Below are positions 1 to 14,986 of a stretch of 64,000 bases of DNA, piece by piece. The position numbers and the translations under genes are program-made. The notes under the pieces were generated by a model, which saw nothing but the letters and a program-made list of their open reading frames with translations, had not been told where the DNA came from and searched no databases. The stretch comes from Tubulanus polymorphus (lineage: Eukaryota; Animalia; Nemertea): assembly GCF_964204645.1 (NCBI RefSeq), contig NC_134031.1, forward strand, positions 6,758,001-6,822,000. The letters are read 5' to 3'. Numbering within the stretch: position 1 is the first letter of the stretch; the number at the start of each line of letters is the position of its first letter.

Positions 1-1451
1 TACTACAATTTCTAGTAATATTGAAAGCCTCTTTTCCATAGAGGGGTATCATGGGGAACTTAAGTGTTTGCACCCTCACTAGTAGGGCACATCATATACC
101 GGTAATCATAAGGGCACTCTGAAACAAAGCTCTCATCACAAAACATTACCTCATGTTTGGAAATACAGAGGACCAGCATATGAATTAAATCTTTTTTAGG
201 TATTTATTTCAAAATTTTCATTTTCCCATGAAATTTCAGGGCAAAGTGAAATTCTTCACGGGGTGCGCACCCCCTGCACCCTCCACTAGGATTCGCCCTT
301 GGTTTACTTGAATGAGGTATGAAAGATTGATTCTCAATTCATTTGGGCTAAAAATCGCCGTCCTCTGTATTTCTAGGTATAATCATCAGATTTAGGGTTA
401 ACAGTGATGACATGATTTTGTAAATGTTCTACTTGAACTCCACATGCCGCCTATGCGTAACGGTTATATTAGGCCTATGAGGTCCTGCTGATTGCAATTA
501 GCCTAAATCTTTCCACTTAATTACTAGATCTAATGCAATTCACCGATGCATGTAAACCTGTGCTTAATTTGAACTACAAGTTGATTCAATAGAAATCAAG
601 AGGAACTGTACATCAAACATGAATGGGAAATAAATGAGTCATTTTTGAAATCCATAGGGGTTACTAAACTACCGCGTGCACAAATCAAGTTTTAATCAGA
701 TTTCACAGTTTGACGTTAATAACTGTATACACCACTTGTGCATTTCATTTATCGACAAAACCGCCCCTAATATTGAAGAGCGGTAACCGATGAGGCTAAC
801 TCCGTGAAAACAACAGTCCATCAAACTTGAATTCATAGGCCTAAATGTTTTTGCGATTAATCACTTAAATTAACAGTCATTAAAAATCCTAAAATATAGG
901 CCTAGTTATCAATTTATCTAACAAATTTCAGTGCAGTGTAGGCCTACAGATTTTACATATTCCAATTTTTGAAGTACAGAAACCAATTAAGTTAACAAAC
1001 TTCATGAGAAAAACAGTCCATTAAATTTGAATTCATCAATAGTTTTCGATTAATCACAAATCAGATGTCAAATCTTATGTAACAATTATTCCAGAGCCAT
1101 GTCGATTTCCTGTATTCAAATAAAATCAGCCCATCATCATAGGTGTCCCCAGGAATTTTCATAGGGGGTTCGAATGAGCATCAATCCAGCATCCATGCAC
1201 AATATCGGGTGTTTGGTGGGCCTCCACCAAAAAACTCTTTGAAAATTGGAGGCTTTAAAGTAAAGACGTTTTCCAGGCTCTAAAGGAATCATTTAGAGAT
1301 ATCAGACTAGTCAAATTGACAAGAAATATCTTGGACATTGATTACGTAGTAACTTGAGAAGTGAGCTATCTCGTAAAGGGGGTGCGTCCGCTACCTCCGC
1401 ACCCCCTGGCCTTGGCCTTGGGGACACCTATGATCATGAACCAAATTTATT

Positions 1452-1928
1452 AGGCCAAATAAAAAAAATTAGTTGTTTATCGTCCCCCGCCCGACCCTAC
1501 GAAAAATACCCGACCCAATTTTTTTTTTTTTATTGTGTTCTATTTTGGTTCCAATCGAAAATATTTGCCATAGCTACCATTCCATGTCGATTGTAGGACA
1601 GTATAGCAGGAAACAAAACGATTTATCGATCGACGAAGTGCCTTCGCTGAATAACAATATTCGGTTATGGAGCGTACACAGCGTGGATTTCCGGTTGTGG
1701 AGCATATTTCGATCGATTTTAAAAGTTAATAAAGTTCTATGAATTGAATTGTATTTGTATCGCTTGTGGCGCCACACTTCCAGTCGATGGAAAACATGCT
1801 TTATTTTATCAATCGTATATCATTTACAACACTCGATCTAAAATAAAAAATAAAAATAAAAACCTCCCGACCGACCCAAGCTTTTTGAAAAAAAGGATGA
1901 TAAACAACTAATTTTTTTTATTTGGCCT
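1452..1928. mobile_element. MITE with TIR AGGCCAAATAAAAAAAATTAGTTGTTT
   Basis: Near-perfect terminal inverted repeats at 1452 and 1928, non-coding interior. Confidence 0.7.
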
Positions 1929-2207
1929 TAAGATAATGAATGAATCCCGAACAAAAATTGATACTTCGTTACCTGGTTACTCATTTCTGCTGAGCTTAAA
2001 AATTGACCCAGCTGCCCGCCTTTATATACCCGAATCTATATACCCTACATTACTTTTATGAGATATAGGCCTGTGTGTACATTTTGGCACACCCTGTACA
2101 CTCTAACCTAACCCAGGTCTATTTCACCACATTCAAATAGAAATTACGAAATATCTACAATCTGTCATCACCTAAACTACAATGTATTACAAGCAGTTAG
2201 AACTTAC

Positions 2208-2312
2208 GAACTTATTCGGAGTAGTTGAATACTGATATTTCGATCCAAACTGTGTACAAATGCGAATTAAAGACGGAGAAATCAGCCGGCAGGAATTTTC
2301 GAAGGCAGCCAT
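2208..2312 (-). CDS. Probable first coding exon of a gene divergent from the ARF gene (MAAFENSCRLISPSLIRICTQFGSKYQYSTTPNKF), resembling a mitochondrial presequence
   Basis: ATG at 2312 and 35 open codons ending at a perfect GTAAGT donor (2207-2202); Ser/Arg-rich, acid-poor peptide. Downstream exons not resolved. Confidence 0.5.
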
Positions 2313-2777
2313 CGTTACTTTTATTTCCTCCAGATGGCAGCACTTCCTGGTTGTAATGGCCCGTTACGCCCGGCCGCACTCTGCCCCTTATTAAAACAAA
2401 CGCACTTCAGATATATGAATGGATAAAACAATTTTATACAAACTCATTTTATACTAATGCATTCTACTATTCATTGCGCGTATTTTTGATACCGGTTTTG
2501 GTTGCTAAGCCAGATCAGTCAGTGACGTCATCGTTTCCAACTCGCGCGTTGCGTGTTGACGGTTATAGCGAATGTGTCAACAGCGCCAACGTGGAACTCT
2601 AATAATATACGGCACGTCGACAAAGACGGCAAAATTATTGCCACGCTGGTCAAAACACGATTACATCCCAAACGAAATGTATATAAGCCTAACCTTATCC
2701 CAAAACAAGTCAAATACTGGCCAGATACGAAGCGCTACACTTCAATCCAGAGAATAAAATACTTCTTAGAATACAAA
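2313..2777. promoter_or_regulatory. Putative bidirectional promoter with CTCF-like (CTCCAGATGGCAGCA ~2327-2342), ETS-like (CACTTCCTG ~2341-2349) and CRE (TGACGTCA ~2523-2530) motifs
   Basis: Lies between two head-to-head ATGs (2312 on -, 2778 on +), is CpG-rich, and the motifs were read directly. Confidence 0.45.
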
Positions 2778-5150
<2,373 letters not shown>

Positions 5151-7259
5151 TCGAAGAACTTCCGATCTAGTCTGATTCAAAAATGTGATATTATGACTAT
5201 ACGATTCTGAGTGAGAATCTAGTTTCTTTGTTTATCTTAAGTTATGCTCCATTCCAAACTGTGATATATTAAATGACGTGATCAGAATTAATGTTACTTT
5301 ATATGACAACCAATGCCGGCGAGCCAGTTCACCAAGTATTTTGTTAAAACTAGACTAGAGCCGAATTATTGAACTTTCGCACCTGAGTGGAATTTGTTGT
5401 TCGATCATTTGATAAAAATGTAATGAATTCTTACCGATGATTGTATTATCCAATATCTATAACTACATCGCTCTGGTTTTTGTTTGGTTTTGGTTTCTCT
5501 GCCGAGAAGCTTTTTGGACAGCTAGCGTGGTTGCGATGCAAGGAAGCCATGTTCAAGGAAGCCGGTAGTTCCTTGATGAGTTCTTATACTTAATTTGTTT
5601 GTTATTTCTAATCAAATCTTTTTTAATGTCGTTTTTATACCTTGGAACTATACGTATTTTCGTGAAAATCTCAGTAATCAGGTACGATTTTGTAATATTC
5701 ATACATGAAATCATAATGCTGCAAAAATGTTATTAATATTTGAATGTATTTTGTCTGTACATATGTTTAACAATCGTAAAGTTTATATCATTTAATGCAA
5801 TAAATATCTCTGTATATAGTACGACGAATACTTCTATCTTATCTGAAAGTCTATGGTTTACCAGGTTTATCTAAAGAATACGCACGACTCATCGACGGGT
5901 TTTTCTAACGAATATCGTCTTTCACTCGTTTCTAATCACACAACCAACGGTTTTGGAACTGAACGGGTCGATTTTCGATTTTCCCGGGACAGTTTCATAT
6001 TGGTTCAACGGTGGATTTTTTAAAGGAATCAAACATTCATAATCGCAATCGTGTTCGCGAACGAAGAGAATTCGTGCCTTCCTCAATTTACTGAGTTCAA
6101 AAAGAAGGGAAATGAAGGTGAGATTCCCCAAAAAATATTTTTAATGACACTGAATGTTTTGCAAACGTATAACTCACACTGTGACCTGAGCAATAAGCGT
6201 CCGAGTATAGATATGTTTTCAGAATTCTATATATTATTGATTTTCAATTTAGAAGTTTGTAAATTGGTTGTCCAGAAAACCCACGCCTGTCACAACAGGC
6301 AATGAACCAGGGACAGAAAATGGGAACAGAGAATCCTTCGATGAAACCGAATTTAGCCGCGTTAAAGGACCCGTGGCCGGAGACCAAGAGATCGTTCACC
6401 CACCTATGATTAAGCAACGAGAAATGGCCGTTAGTAAAACACGTATATGAAAATATTTAAAAAAAAAGAAAAAACACTAGTTTTAATCACAGATCTCAAA
6501 TCAAATTTGAATCGAGTTCCGGTTTTTAATGTTTGATCGATATATTTTGAAATGATATCAACACTTTTCAATGTTACCATGCTAATTGCGTGCTTGGGTC
6601 ATCTCTTTTTACGTAAGTCATGTTTCATTTATGCAATAAAAGTTCTTAATGTTTGGTGTATCGGAATTGATACTATAATTGATAGTACATTAGCATTGTG
6701 CACTATCAGATACTCATCCATTTTTACGAACACCAAATTCCTAAAAGATCGAGTGTAGCCTATGAAATGGCTTTTTTTGTTTTTAACGATAGATAATGTT
6801 ACATAAATACGTAACAATAATCGTTCTTGAGAAATTCTTGCTGTATAATAACTGATCGATCACTTTCTTTTCTGTTTCTTCAAGGTCGAGCGGGTTGGAA
6901 ACGTTGGTGGCGAACCGATGAAGTCTTCGGAAACGGATGTCGGAGAACCGATCAAGGTTAGATAACTTCAAGTTCAAGTTTATTTCGCGGACAGCGAAAT
7001 ACGGGGCTTATATTATCACAATCACCATCTACTTTTAATTCAACCCCTGTCCCACAGACCAGATTGATAGCAACACATTGTTCTGAAGCTTAATAATAGT
7101 GTTAATACGAAGCATTTATGAAGTACATACTTATTATTGTGTAGTCCTTCCATATGACAAACCAACACCAAGGGTACCTTGTATGTTTCGTTGCGTCTTA
7201 TCAAATGCGTTTTTATCTCTTGTGAACTAATTTTTGCGATAACTTTCATTATTTTCAAG

Positions 7260-9059
7260 GTTGACGTTTTTGAACAAAAACAACGATTAACAAAAGATGA
7301 ATCAGAGAAGATATCTGTAATCGACGATACAATGATCGGCAGTCATCAAAAACGAACCAAGGGAACTGCTAAATTTGAAAGAACGATTCTACAAATAGAG
7401 TCACTGCCCGGTCGAAAACAAGTGCGCAACGATGCCGGCGGATACGTATGGCGAGTTGATAATTTGACGCGATTAAAGAGGTTTATCTCGCTCGGTTCGG
7501 AAAGCGCAGTATATTCCAAACACGCTGGCGGGTCATCGATGATGCTAGATGCAAACAGTAACGATCTGAACGACCAGAACGTTAACGCTTTGAGCTGCGC
7601 GCTGGAAGAGGGTCGCGGTTTGGAGGTTGTCCGTATTCTGAAAGCTTTTAGCGTCGGCGGCAGAACTGCTAAACAAGACAACATCTTATTTTGTTTGGCT
7701 TTTTGCGTAAAATGCGGAAACGCCCAAGTGAAGAAGACCGCGTACGAAGCTATGCCGGAAATATGCCGTATCCCGACACATTTATTCGTGTTTATCCGTG
7801 AGTGTCAGAAGTTGAGTCTGCTACAAACGACTAAGAAAGGCTGGGGACGGGCGCACCGCCGTGCCGTATGTAACTGGTATACTCAATACGCGGATGATCC
7901 GGCAAAGCTGGCGTTACATATTACCAAATATAAGAATCGCGCGGGGTGGTCGCACAGAGACGTCCTACGTCTGTGTCACGTGACACCTGAAACGGACGAG
8001 CTGAACGCGTTGTTTAGATACGTCACGCGCGGCCTCAACGAATGCGAAAGCATGATCCGAGAAAAAGAGTTCAGCGTGAATCCGAATTTCGAAGCGATGA
8101 TGGAGTTCTTGCGAGCGGTTGAGCGGGCGACGGTGTGCAGAACGGACGCGGAAGAAATCGAACTGATCGGTTTGATCCAACGATACCGACTCGTCCGGGA
8201 ACACGTGCCGACCGAAATGTTGAAATCCGCCGCGATTTGGCTGGCATTGCTAGAAGACATGCCTATGGAGGCTATGATTAGAAATGTTGGTCGGATGACG
8301 AGTATCGGCGCGCTGCGGCCTGGTAGCGAACAGGAAGCTCGCGTAGCGCACCGTCTTCGCGATGAACAGCGACTAAAAGACGCTTGCATCCACCCGTTCA
8401 AACTACTCGTCGCTTTCCTGATTTACAAACAGGGAAGAGGCGACAAAGGCAACTTGGAATGGGCTCCTTGTCCCAAAATATCCGACTCCCTGATGAATGC
8501 GTTCTATTCGGCGTTCGAATTCGTCGAACCGACCGGGAAACGGTTTTGTCTGGCAATGGACGTTAGCGGTTCGATGACCTGGTGTTCGATGATGGGCATA
8601 GACGGGTTGACGCCTAGAGTAGCCGCCAGTTGTATGATGATGGTCACCGCTAAACGCGAACGAAATCACGAAATTCTCGGATTCTCCGAAGATCTGGTCC
8701 CGATCGACATCAGCGCCGACGACGATCTACGAACGGTTACCCGTAAAGTATCGCGGATCAGAATGGGCTCGACGGATTGCGCGGCGCCGATCCTCTGGGC
8801 GACGACTAACAAGAAACAATTCGACGTGTTCGTAGTGTATACGGATTCGGAGACGGCTGTGGGACCGGTGCATCCCAGCGAAGCGCTGAAGAGGTACAGA
8901 CTCAAGTCCGGCCGCGATGCCAGGCTGATTGTCTGCGCGATGACCAGCAATGGTTTTACGCTCGCCGATCCGGAAGATAAAGGTATGCTCGATATGACCG
9001 GATTTGACACTGAAGCTCCGGGAATTATTCGAGATTTTTCTTGCGGCTACCTCGATTGA
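7260..9059 (+). CDS. RO60: Ro60/TROVE2 RNA-binding protein, main coding exon; likely upstream exons 6299-6429 and 6885-6956
   Basis: QVRNDAGGYVW, RLKRFISLGSE, GWGRAHRRAV, KYKNRAGWSHRDVLRLCH (TROVE) and vWA MIDAS DVSGSM, VVYTDSET, MLDMTGFD. Upstream exons are phase-compatible; true start codon uncertain. Confidence 0.93.
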   Translation, partial: VDVFEQKQRLTKDESEKISVIDDTMIGSHQKRTKGTAKFERTILQIESLPGRKQVRNDAGGYVWRVDNLTRLKRFISLGSESAVYSKHAGGSSMMLDANSNDLNDQNVNALSCALEEGRGLEVVRILKAFSVGGRTAKQDNILFCLAFCVKCGNAQVKKTAYEAMPEICRIPTHLFVFIRECQKLSLLQTTKKGWGRAHRRAVCNWYTQYADDPAKLALHITKYKNRAGWSHRDVLRLCHVTPETDELNALFRYVTRGLNECESMIREKEFSVNPNFEAMMEFLRAVERATVCRTDAEEIELIGLIQRYRLVREHVPTEMLKSAAIWLALLEDMPMEAMIRNVGRMTSIGALRPGSEQEARVAHRLRDEQRLKDACIHPFKLLVAFLIYKQGRGDKGNLEWAPCPKISDSLMNAFYSAFEFVEPTGKRFCLAMDVSGSMTWCSMMGIDGLTPRVAASCMMMVTAKRERNHEILGFSEDLVPIDISADDDLRTVTRKVSRIRMGSTDCAAPILWATTNKKQFDVFVVYTDSETAVGPVHPSEALKRYRLKSGRDARLIVCAMTSNGFTLADPEDKGMLDMTGFDTEAPGIIRDFSCGYLD

Positions 9060-9667
9060 AGAATATTTCATATGGCTGAGCTAAACACCAAGAGGACGCA
9101 GGGCATATTTCGAAAGGCTCTGATTATATATGAACATGTTTTATAGAATAAATAGTATATCTCTTATGGTATGATATTTCTTCCCGCCTTTTGGTCACTG
9201 GTATATAGTTGAAATTCTAAAAACAATCAGCTCTTTTAAAACACAACTGATTAGGCTAAAAAGATTGATTTAAGTCATGCTCAAGCTAAAAATAGCAAAC
9301 CCGGCAGCTATAGAAATGAACTGATTAGAAATTTTATTACAGTATACAAAAGTGACCCGGCCGCTTAGGAGAAACAAATTATCATTTCATTTAAGCCTTA
9401 TTTGGCTCAGTTGCCCGTCGGTATCTGCGGCGTCGCAGCCTGACACATAAGCCCACCCTAACTCTCGGTATACTAAAAATACGGATAAACGGTAATTAGA
9501 ACGCAATGAAAATGTATGTACTGCTGAAAGGGCTCTTTGAAAAATGTCAGCTATATTCAATGTATACTAAATTGTAATAATCGCCTGTAGAACTTAGATA
9601 AGTCAAAAGTCAAAACTCATCGGATAATCGAAGTTTATTCATCCAGATTATACATTCTATTTCTTGT

Positions 9668-11752
9668 TTACGTTTGTTTGTGGACATTTTTATCCTTACC
9701 CTTCAGTAATCGGCGCGGTTCCAATATTTTCACGTACGTTTTGTGGATGTATTTTTTCAACGGTAAGAGTCGACTGTCCGGCATTCTACCGAATAGGTAA
9801 ATGTAATCGGATAGCAACGGTATGAGTTTAGCGTTCAGTTGTTTTCTTAGATATACGCGTAATCGAAAAGGTATAGGAACAGGTGGTTCTTGGACCGGTG
9901 GTCCTATCATCTGTCTTGTCGTGCCTGCAGATCTGCCATTATTCGAATTAGTCGCGCGTTGGTTTGTATCAAAATGCAGTCGGCTCAATCTAGCTAATTC
10001 GGCAATTGCAGCCTGTGAAAGAGACATATTATGAAAAATGTGAAATATAATATCGTAGCAGCCAGAAAAGATTCTACAACAAATTGCCTCTGGTCGAAAC
10101 GAGCCGTTTATTCGTGCAACATACCAAGCCGTTTCTATAAAAAAATACAAATAACGAATGCTCTTAATGACAATCAGAAATAGCGTATAATGCAAAAGCT
10201 TCAATGTTCGGAATAATTTAATTCTTTAATATATTAGGAAAATGAGCCATTCATTTACGATGAATGTAAAGTGAATACAGTCGAAAATAGAAAACTAACA
10301 GAACGGTTGAGACACTAACCAAAACTATCAAGGAAAAAACAGTCACCAGCCACACGTCAGATCAGAAGACTCAATATCAACTGCCCGGACAATGACCGGA
10401 AGCACGACAAACAAATGCAACTTTAACCAAAGATAGCAGCGCAAATACAGTGAATAGGCGCCACAATCTGAATTCTAAAACTACTATCGAACTGGCTTTA
10501 AACAAGAGAAAAAATAATTTTACAGATTGAACAAATATAGTCGAATACCACACGCAGATTTACTTGAAGTAATGATATGGATTCGTAGAGTAGCCGTGTT
10601 AACCGGGTGAATACAACACGACAAGTAATACCTTATAGGTTAACTATTTTATATGACGCACGAGCCTCCGCTACTAATGTACAGTAGCTTCATCAGGTGA
10701 ATGGGTCACCTGATGAAGCTACTATATACAATAGTAGCGAAAGCTCGTGCGTCAAATAGAATAGTTAACCTATAAAGTACTACTCGCCTCGTTGTATTTA
10801 GTGATAGGGATATGTATGTAGACCTATTTTTGACGCTGTAAAAACCGTTACAATAATGTTTTTATATATTGGTAGCCGTATAACTCGCTTAATTCGGATC
10901 GGTTTTATTCAGATTTTCACTTATTTCGGACTATAATTCCAGCCCCCTCTAAGTTATTTCTATTCAACTGAGAGCGCATAATTCGGATTTCGTTTACTTC
11001 GGACAAAATTTTCCAGTTCCAGGTGATCTGAATTAAGTGAGTTCTACAGTATTACTTGCTATTTAAGGGGTACTTTCGATGTGCACTACGCCATCAAAAT
11101 TTGCGTTTAAAAATAATTGTAATTTCTCTAAGGCGTCAATAAACTTTCCAAGATATTTTTCTTTTCGCATAATGATCTGCGCTGAGGATCGTCATCTGAC
11201 ATCATCTTCAATGTCACTTTCAAATCAAACAAAAGCTTGAACTTAAAAGGTTTTCCTGATTTCATGTTAAAACATGAAATCATTTACGATTGATAAAAAG
11301 TTTTTGACGATTTTATGTCGAGTTATTATCTCAACAATGATTTAACGAAAAATGGAAATTTGAAATTATGTCGAGAATCTCGACATAAAATCGCCAAGAC
11401 TTAATTAATGATGTCCCCAGGAAATTCAGCCCTACGGAGCCCCGGAGGGGACAGTAACATTTTTTTGTAGGAACGAAAAGTGAATCATTTCGCTCGAACG
11501 AAAAAGATTTCGTTTCCACGAAAAGATTATTTCGTTCCCACGAAAAAATGAATACCTATTTCAGTCACCATGTCACTTCTGGGGCTCCGTATACAGCCCG
11601 CATTCATCCAGCGAAAAGCTATTTTTCATACACACATTTACCTCGATAGATTTAGGCGGCAATGCTGAGTTGGTGCGCGCAGTTCTTGCTTTCACCCGAT
11701 CTAGATTCATCGCATTGAACAACACGAAGAGGAAAAACGCGGCCAATTTCAT
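9668..11752 (-). CDS. Orphan secreted basic protein of ~151 aa; exons 11752-11642 and 10012-9668
   Basis: Signal-peptide-like MKLAAFFLFVLFNAMNLDRVKA; phase-0 donor GAG|GTAAAT joins acceptor TTTCACAG|GCT in frame with the long ORF ending at 9668. Confidence 0.55.
10610..10798. repeat. ~190-bp fold-back palindrome, probably inverted Penelope-like pLTR fragments
   Basis: Arms of ~90 bp are inverted around a short ATGGG spacer; contains a hammerhead core. Confidence 0.75.
10707..10749 (+). ncRNA. Minimal (Penelope-type) hammerhead ribozyme motif
   Basis: cac-CTGATGA-a-[gctactat...atagtagc stem II]-GAAA-GC-TC-gtg; palindromic AGCT replaces helix III; stem I is only 3 bp. Confidence 0.6.
10876..11050. 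mobile_element. Degenerate Tc1/mariner-like MITE
   Basis: Imperfect TIR (aactcgcttaattcggatc / gatctgaattaagtgagtt). Confidence 0.5.
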
Positions 11753-13658
11753 TCTGAAAAATTCACCGCAACAAATTCCCATGATACAAACATCTTCTTG
11801 ATATAACGTGGTAACGCAATGAATCGCGCGAGAGACAAATAGAATAAAAGGCCCACAATCACAGGATCTACACTTGAGTTACTCTTGAAAATGGTTTTTA
11901 GTGTAAAACCGAAAATTCGGGTTTTTGATAAATTTCAATAGTTTCGATTTATGAAAAAAAATTTCGATCCTGTGATCCTTTTATTCTAATAATCTTGATA
12001 TGCACCCGTTCCGCAGCTGTGAGTTATATATATATTTATTGGATGCTACTGTATAAATTATAATTAATCTCCTGTGGTGGCTGATTCGGGCCATAGTCAT
12101 TTTCTAAAACTCAATCTCAACCAATTTCATTTTCACATCACGAAAATCCACTTTTTCTATATTTTAACAGCTTTTGTTATCTCACAATAGGGAATTCTCT
12201 TCTTTTTTATTTCAATGATTGATTTTGATATGATTTGAATTTTGTCATTCTTGAGGGCAAACTCTCTACAACAGCCGTCGAGTCGCCTGATAATTCTCGA
12301 TAGACTGACTGGTTGCCCGTCGAAATTGGAGTGAAATTGGAGGCAACCGATCGTTTCTGGATTGTAATAAAGTTCACCCGTTTAAACCGACCACACCTGC
12401 CAGGAGTGAAAATTAATTTTTTTATTATAACGCCACATTAAAACGAACAGTTAGTTTGTCTTATCACGACGTTAAACTGGATTTGCCTGTGTGTAAAAAA
12501 ATGAATTAGTCGAGATCGAGTGCCCCTACATTTGTTTCAAATAATGGCCCAAATCACAATTCCACTTCCACTTATAAGGTTTGATAAGAGTAATAGAAAA
12601 ATGAAACGGATTCTATCCACTATACCTGCCACAAGCAGGAGCGCATCTAGGGGGATGTCAGAGTGTCCCCCCTCAAATTTGAAGTGCCCTAAAAAATGTC
12701 ACCCAAAATTTTTGGACCAAGGTTTTACCATCTATAATAATTTTTAATTTTTTCAACGCATGAAATGACCGAAAGCACCCCCTAAAATGTTGTAGAAGTC
12801 TCCGGAGTACGTGGTATTACGTAAAAAGTGCCCTTTTTTCTCATTGGACAAACCTCCCCCCCCCCACCCCCATGGAAAATCCTAGACAAAACATACATAC
12901 GGTACCTGTATTTTTTCAAATTTCGATTGACGTCCAGAGCTGTGATATCGCCTATACACGCGGTAGTTCACGTCTGTAAGTTAGACTCTATACGGGACTC
13001 ATTCCCTTTAAATCCTTTAAAAACTGGACATCGATCTTGTCAACGGGATTTCACATAAACGACGCTTAAGATAAGCTTCGATAATTCGCTCAGATATTCC
13101 AACTATCGTCGCTACCTACGCGCGTGTAGTCATTAGTATGAAATCCAATTTATTATTTTCTTCGCTCGAAATAACGATCATTTCGCGGGGCATTATCGTA
13201 TTTTTTTCTTTCGGTTTACAAATGATGATGCAACACCTGCGAACGATTATAGAATTGCCCACCGATGATGACGCACTTGTCTACGTCTGCCTCTCAAAAA
13301 TGTCTATGCGAAGGACGATGCACAATAAAGATTAAACTCGAACGTAGATTTTCGATTTAAATTCATCGGAATTTTTTATTGCATATGTCGTTAGTATAAG
13401 TGATAGTTATAATACACATCCGTCAATAACGTTAATGACCGTAATAAGCGGTTTCTGAGACGACGCGATGGTTGCTAATTCAAAAACCGTTTAAGAATTA
13501 AGCCGGATTATCGAATCCTTTCATACGCGAAGAGGAAAAAACTCGATATGATTTTGATCATCCTAATAGCAGTAATAATGATAAATGTAGTAAGAACGAT
13601 AGATTAAGCAAATCTACAAAGAACCCACTCGCCACAAGAAGTGAAGAAAACAGCTATA

Positions 13659-13835
13659 TAGTGGAACCTCGTTATAACGAACTCGAATACAACGATTCAT
13701 CGTTATATCACAAATACAGAATTTCATCCAGAGAAAGAAAATCTATTGAATTTCATATTGGATACATAACGAACTATCGGTTATAACGAACATGTTTGCT
13801 AGTCCCGTGAAGTTCGCCATAACGAGGTTCCACTG
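13659..13835. mobile_element. Tc1/mariner-type MITE
   Basis: TIR (t)AGTGGAACCTCGTTATAACGAACT / AGTTCGCCATAACGAGGTTCCACTG flanked by TA. Confidence 0.75.
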
Positions 13836-14602
13836 TATTGGATGTCCGTGGTGAACTGGCAAAGCCCTCGCCCCTCAACACAGCTGTTTTGCAGATTCGT
13901 TTTGCTCAACTTTAAAGGGGAGCTCGCCAAGAACCTATATGAGTGACCAGAATGGACACACGTCTTTCGTACTATTGGCCAAACACGACTACTGGGTTCC
14001 TCGTGACGTCACCAGTCTGTGGAATGGCTAAAAAAAATTGATACCTTGTTTCTCCTTTAGCGAAAAAGTTGATCTGACCGCCCGCCTATCTGCCCCGCGC
14101 ATTAATTTTTGTTTAAATGTGATCAATTTTACTGTAACAGACACCATAGAAATTAACTTATTAAAATATTATTGTATTTTACAAAAATGACCCGGCCGCT
14201 GCGGAGAAACAATATATCATTTTTGTTTAGCCTCATGATCATTGTTTTGTTGGTTGTAATGAGGTTATGATAACGATTCGAAAACTCTGTCATGATGAAT
14301 ACAATACAATTCCATATCATGGGTCAAGATATTCTCTCCAGCTAATGGATCAAACAGATAAGCGCAACACAATACAGGGAGCGCATTCCATCGATGGACA
14401 TCAGCCAATCAAAATACCGTGTACATTAAAGTCGAGCTGGAAATTGGCGCACGGGGTTAGTGTATCATTGCTATAGTTTTTCATTATTCACTTTCCTGCA
14501 CTACCCTAGATTCGGTCAGTTCGACTCCAGAATAGGTCAAAATAGTTCCATCGTGCAGGGTTTTCTTAGATGAGGGGAGTGGTTCGGTTTCAAATTGCCG
14601 CC

Positions 14603-14790
14603 AGAAACCTGATCGTCGACCATTTCTCGAGTCGACAATCGGCAATTGGCAATCAGAAACCTGATTGCCGATTGTCGACCTGCTCTCGAGTCGACAATCG
14701 GCAATCAAAAACCTGATTACCGATTGTCGACCTGTTTTCGAGTCAGAGCGACTATCAGGTTTCCGATTGCCGATTGTCGACTTGTCGAAA
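14603..14790. repeat. Tandem array of palindromic units (GTCGACAATCGGCAATCAGAAACCTGATTGCCGATTGTCGAC)
   Basis: About three self-complementary ~50-60-bp units read directly. Confidence 0.8.
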
Positions 14791-14986
14791 ATTACTTCAC
14801 GTGCCTTCACGTATTAATACTTTTCTCAGTGAAAATGTTGGACCCGCAGATCTACTTTTACCTGTTCTGGAGCCATTCGGTCAGGGAAGGCGATATCCGA
14901 TTTTAAATCCCTCAAACTGCTTCCTTATCGGCCTGCTTTCGTAAAGAAAATATATATCATGAAGAATTTTGGTCACTATAGGTTAA

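Noticed and set aside
7346-9071. Minus-strand ORFs over Ro60, and similar antisense ORFs over polinton, LINE, family and GPCR genes
   Set aside because: Shadow frames of real coding sequence with no independent motifs.
9060-9660. Y RNA next to Ro60
   Set aside because: No convincing GGCTGGTCCG-type stem with bulged C and Pol III terminator was found by eye.
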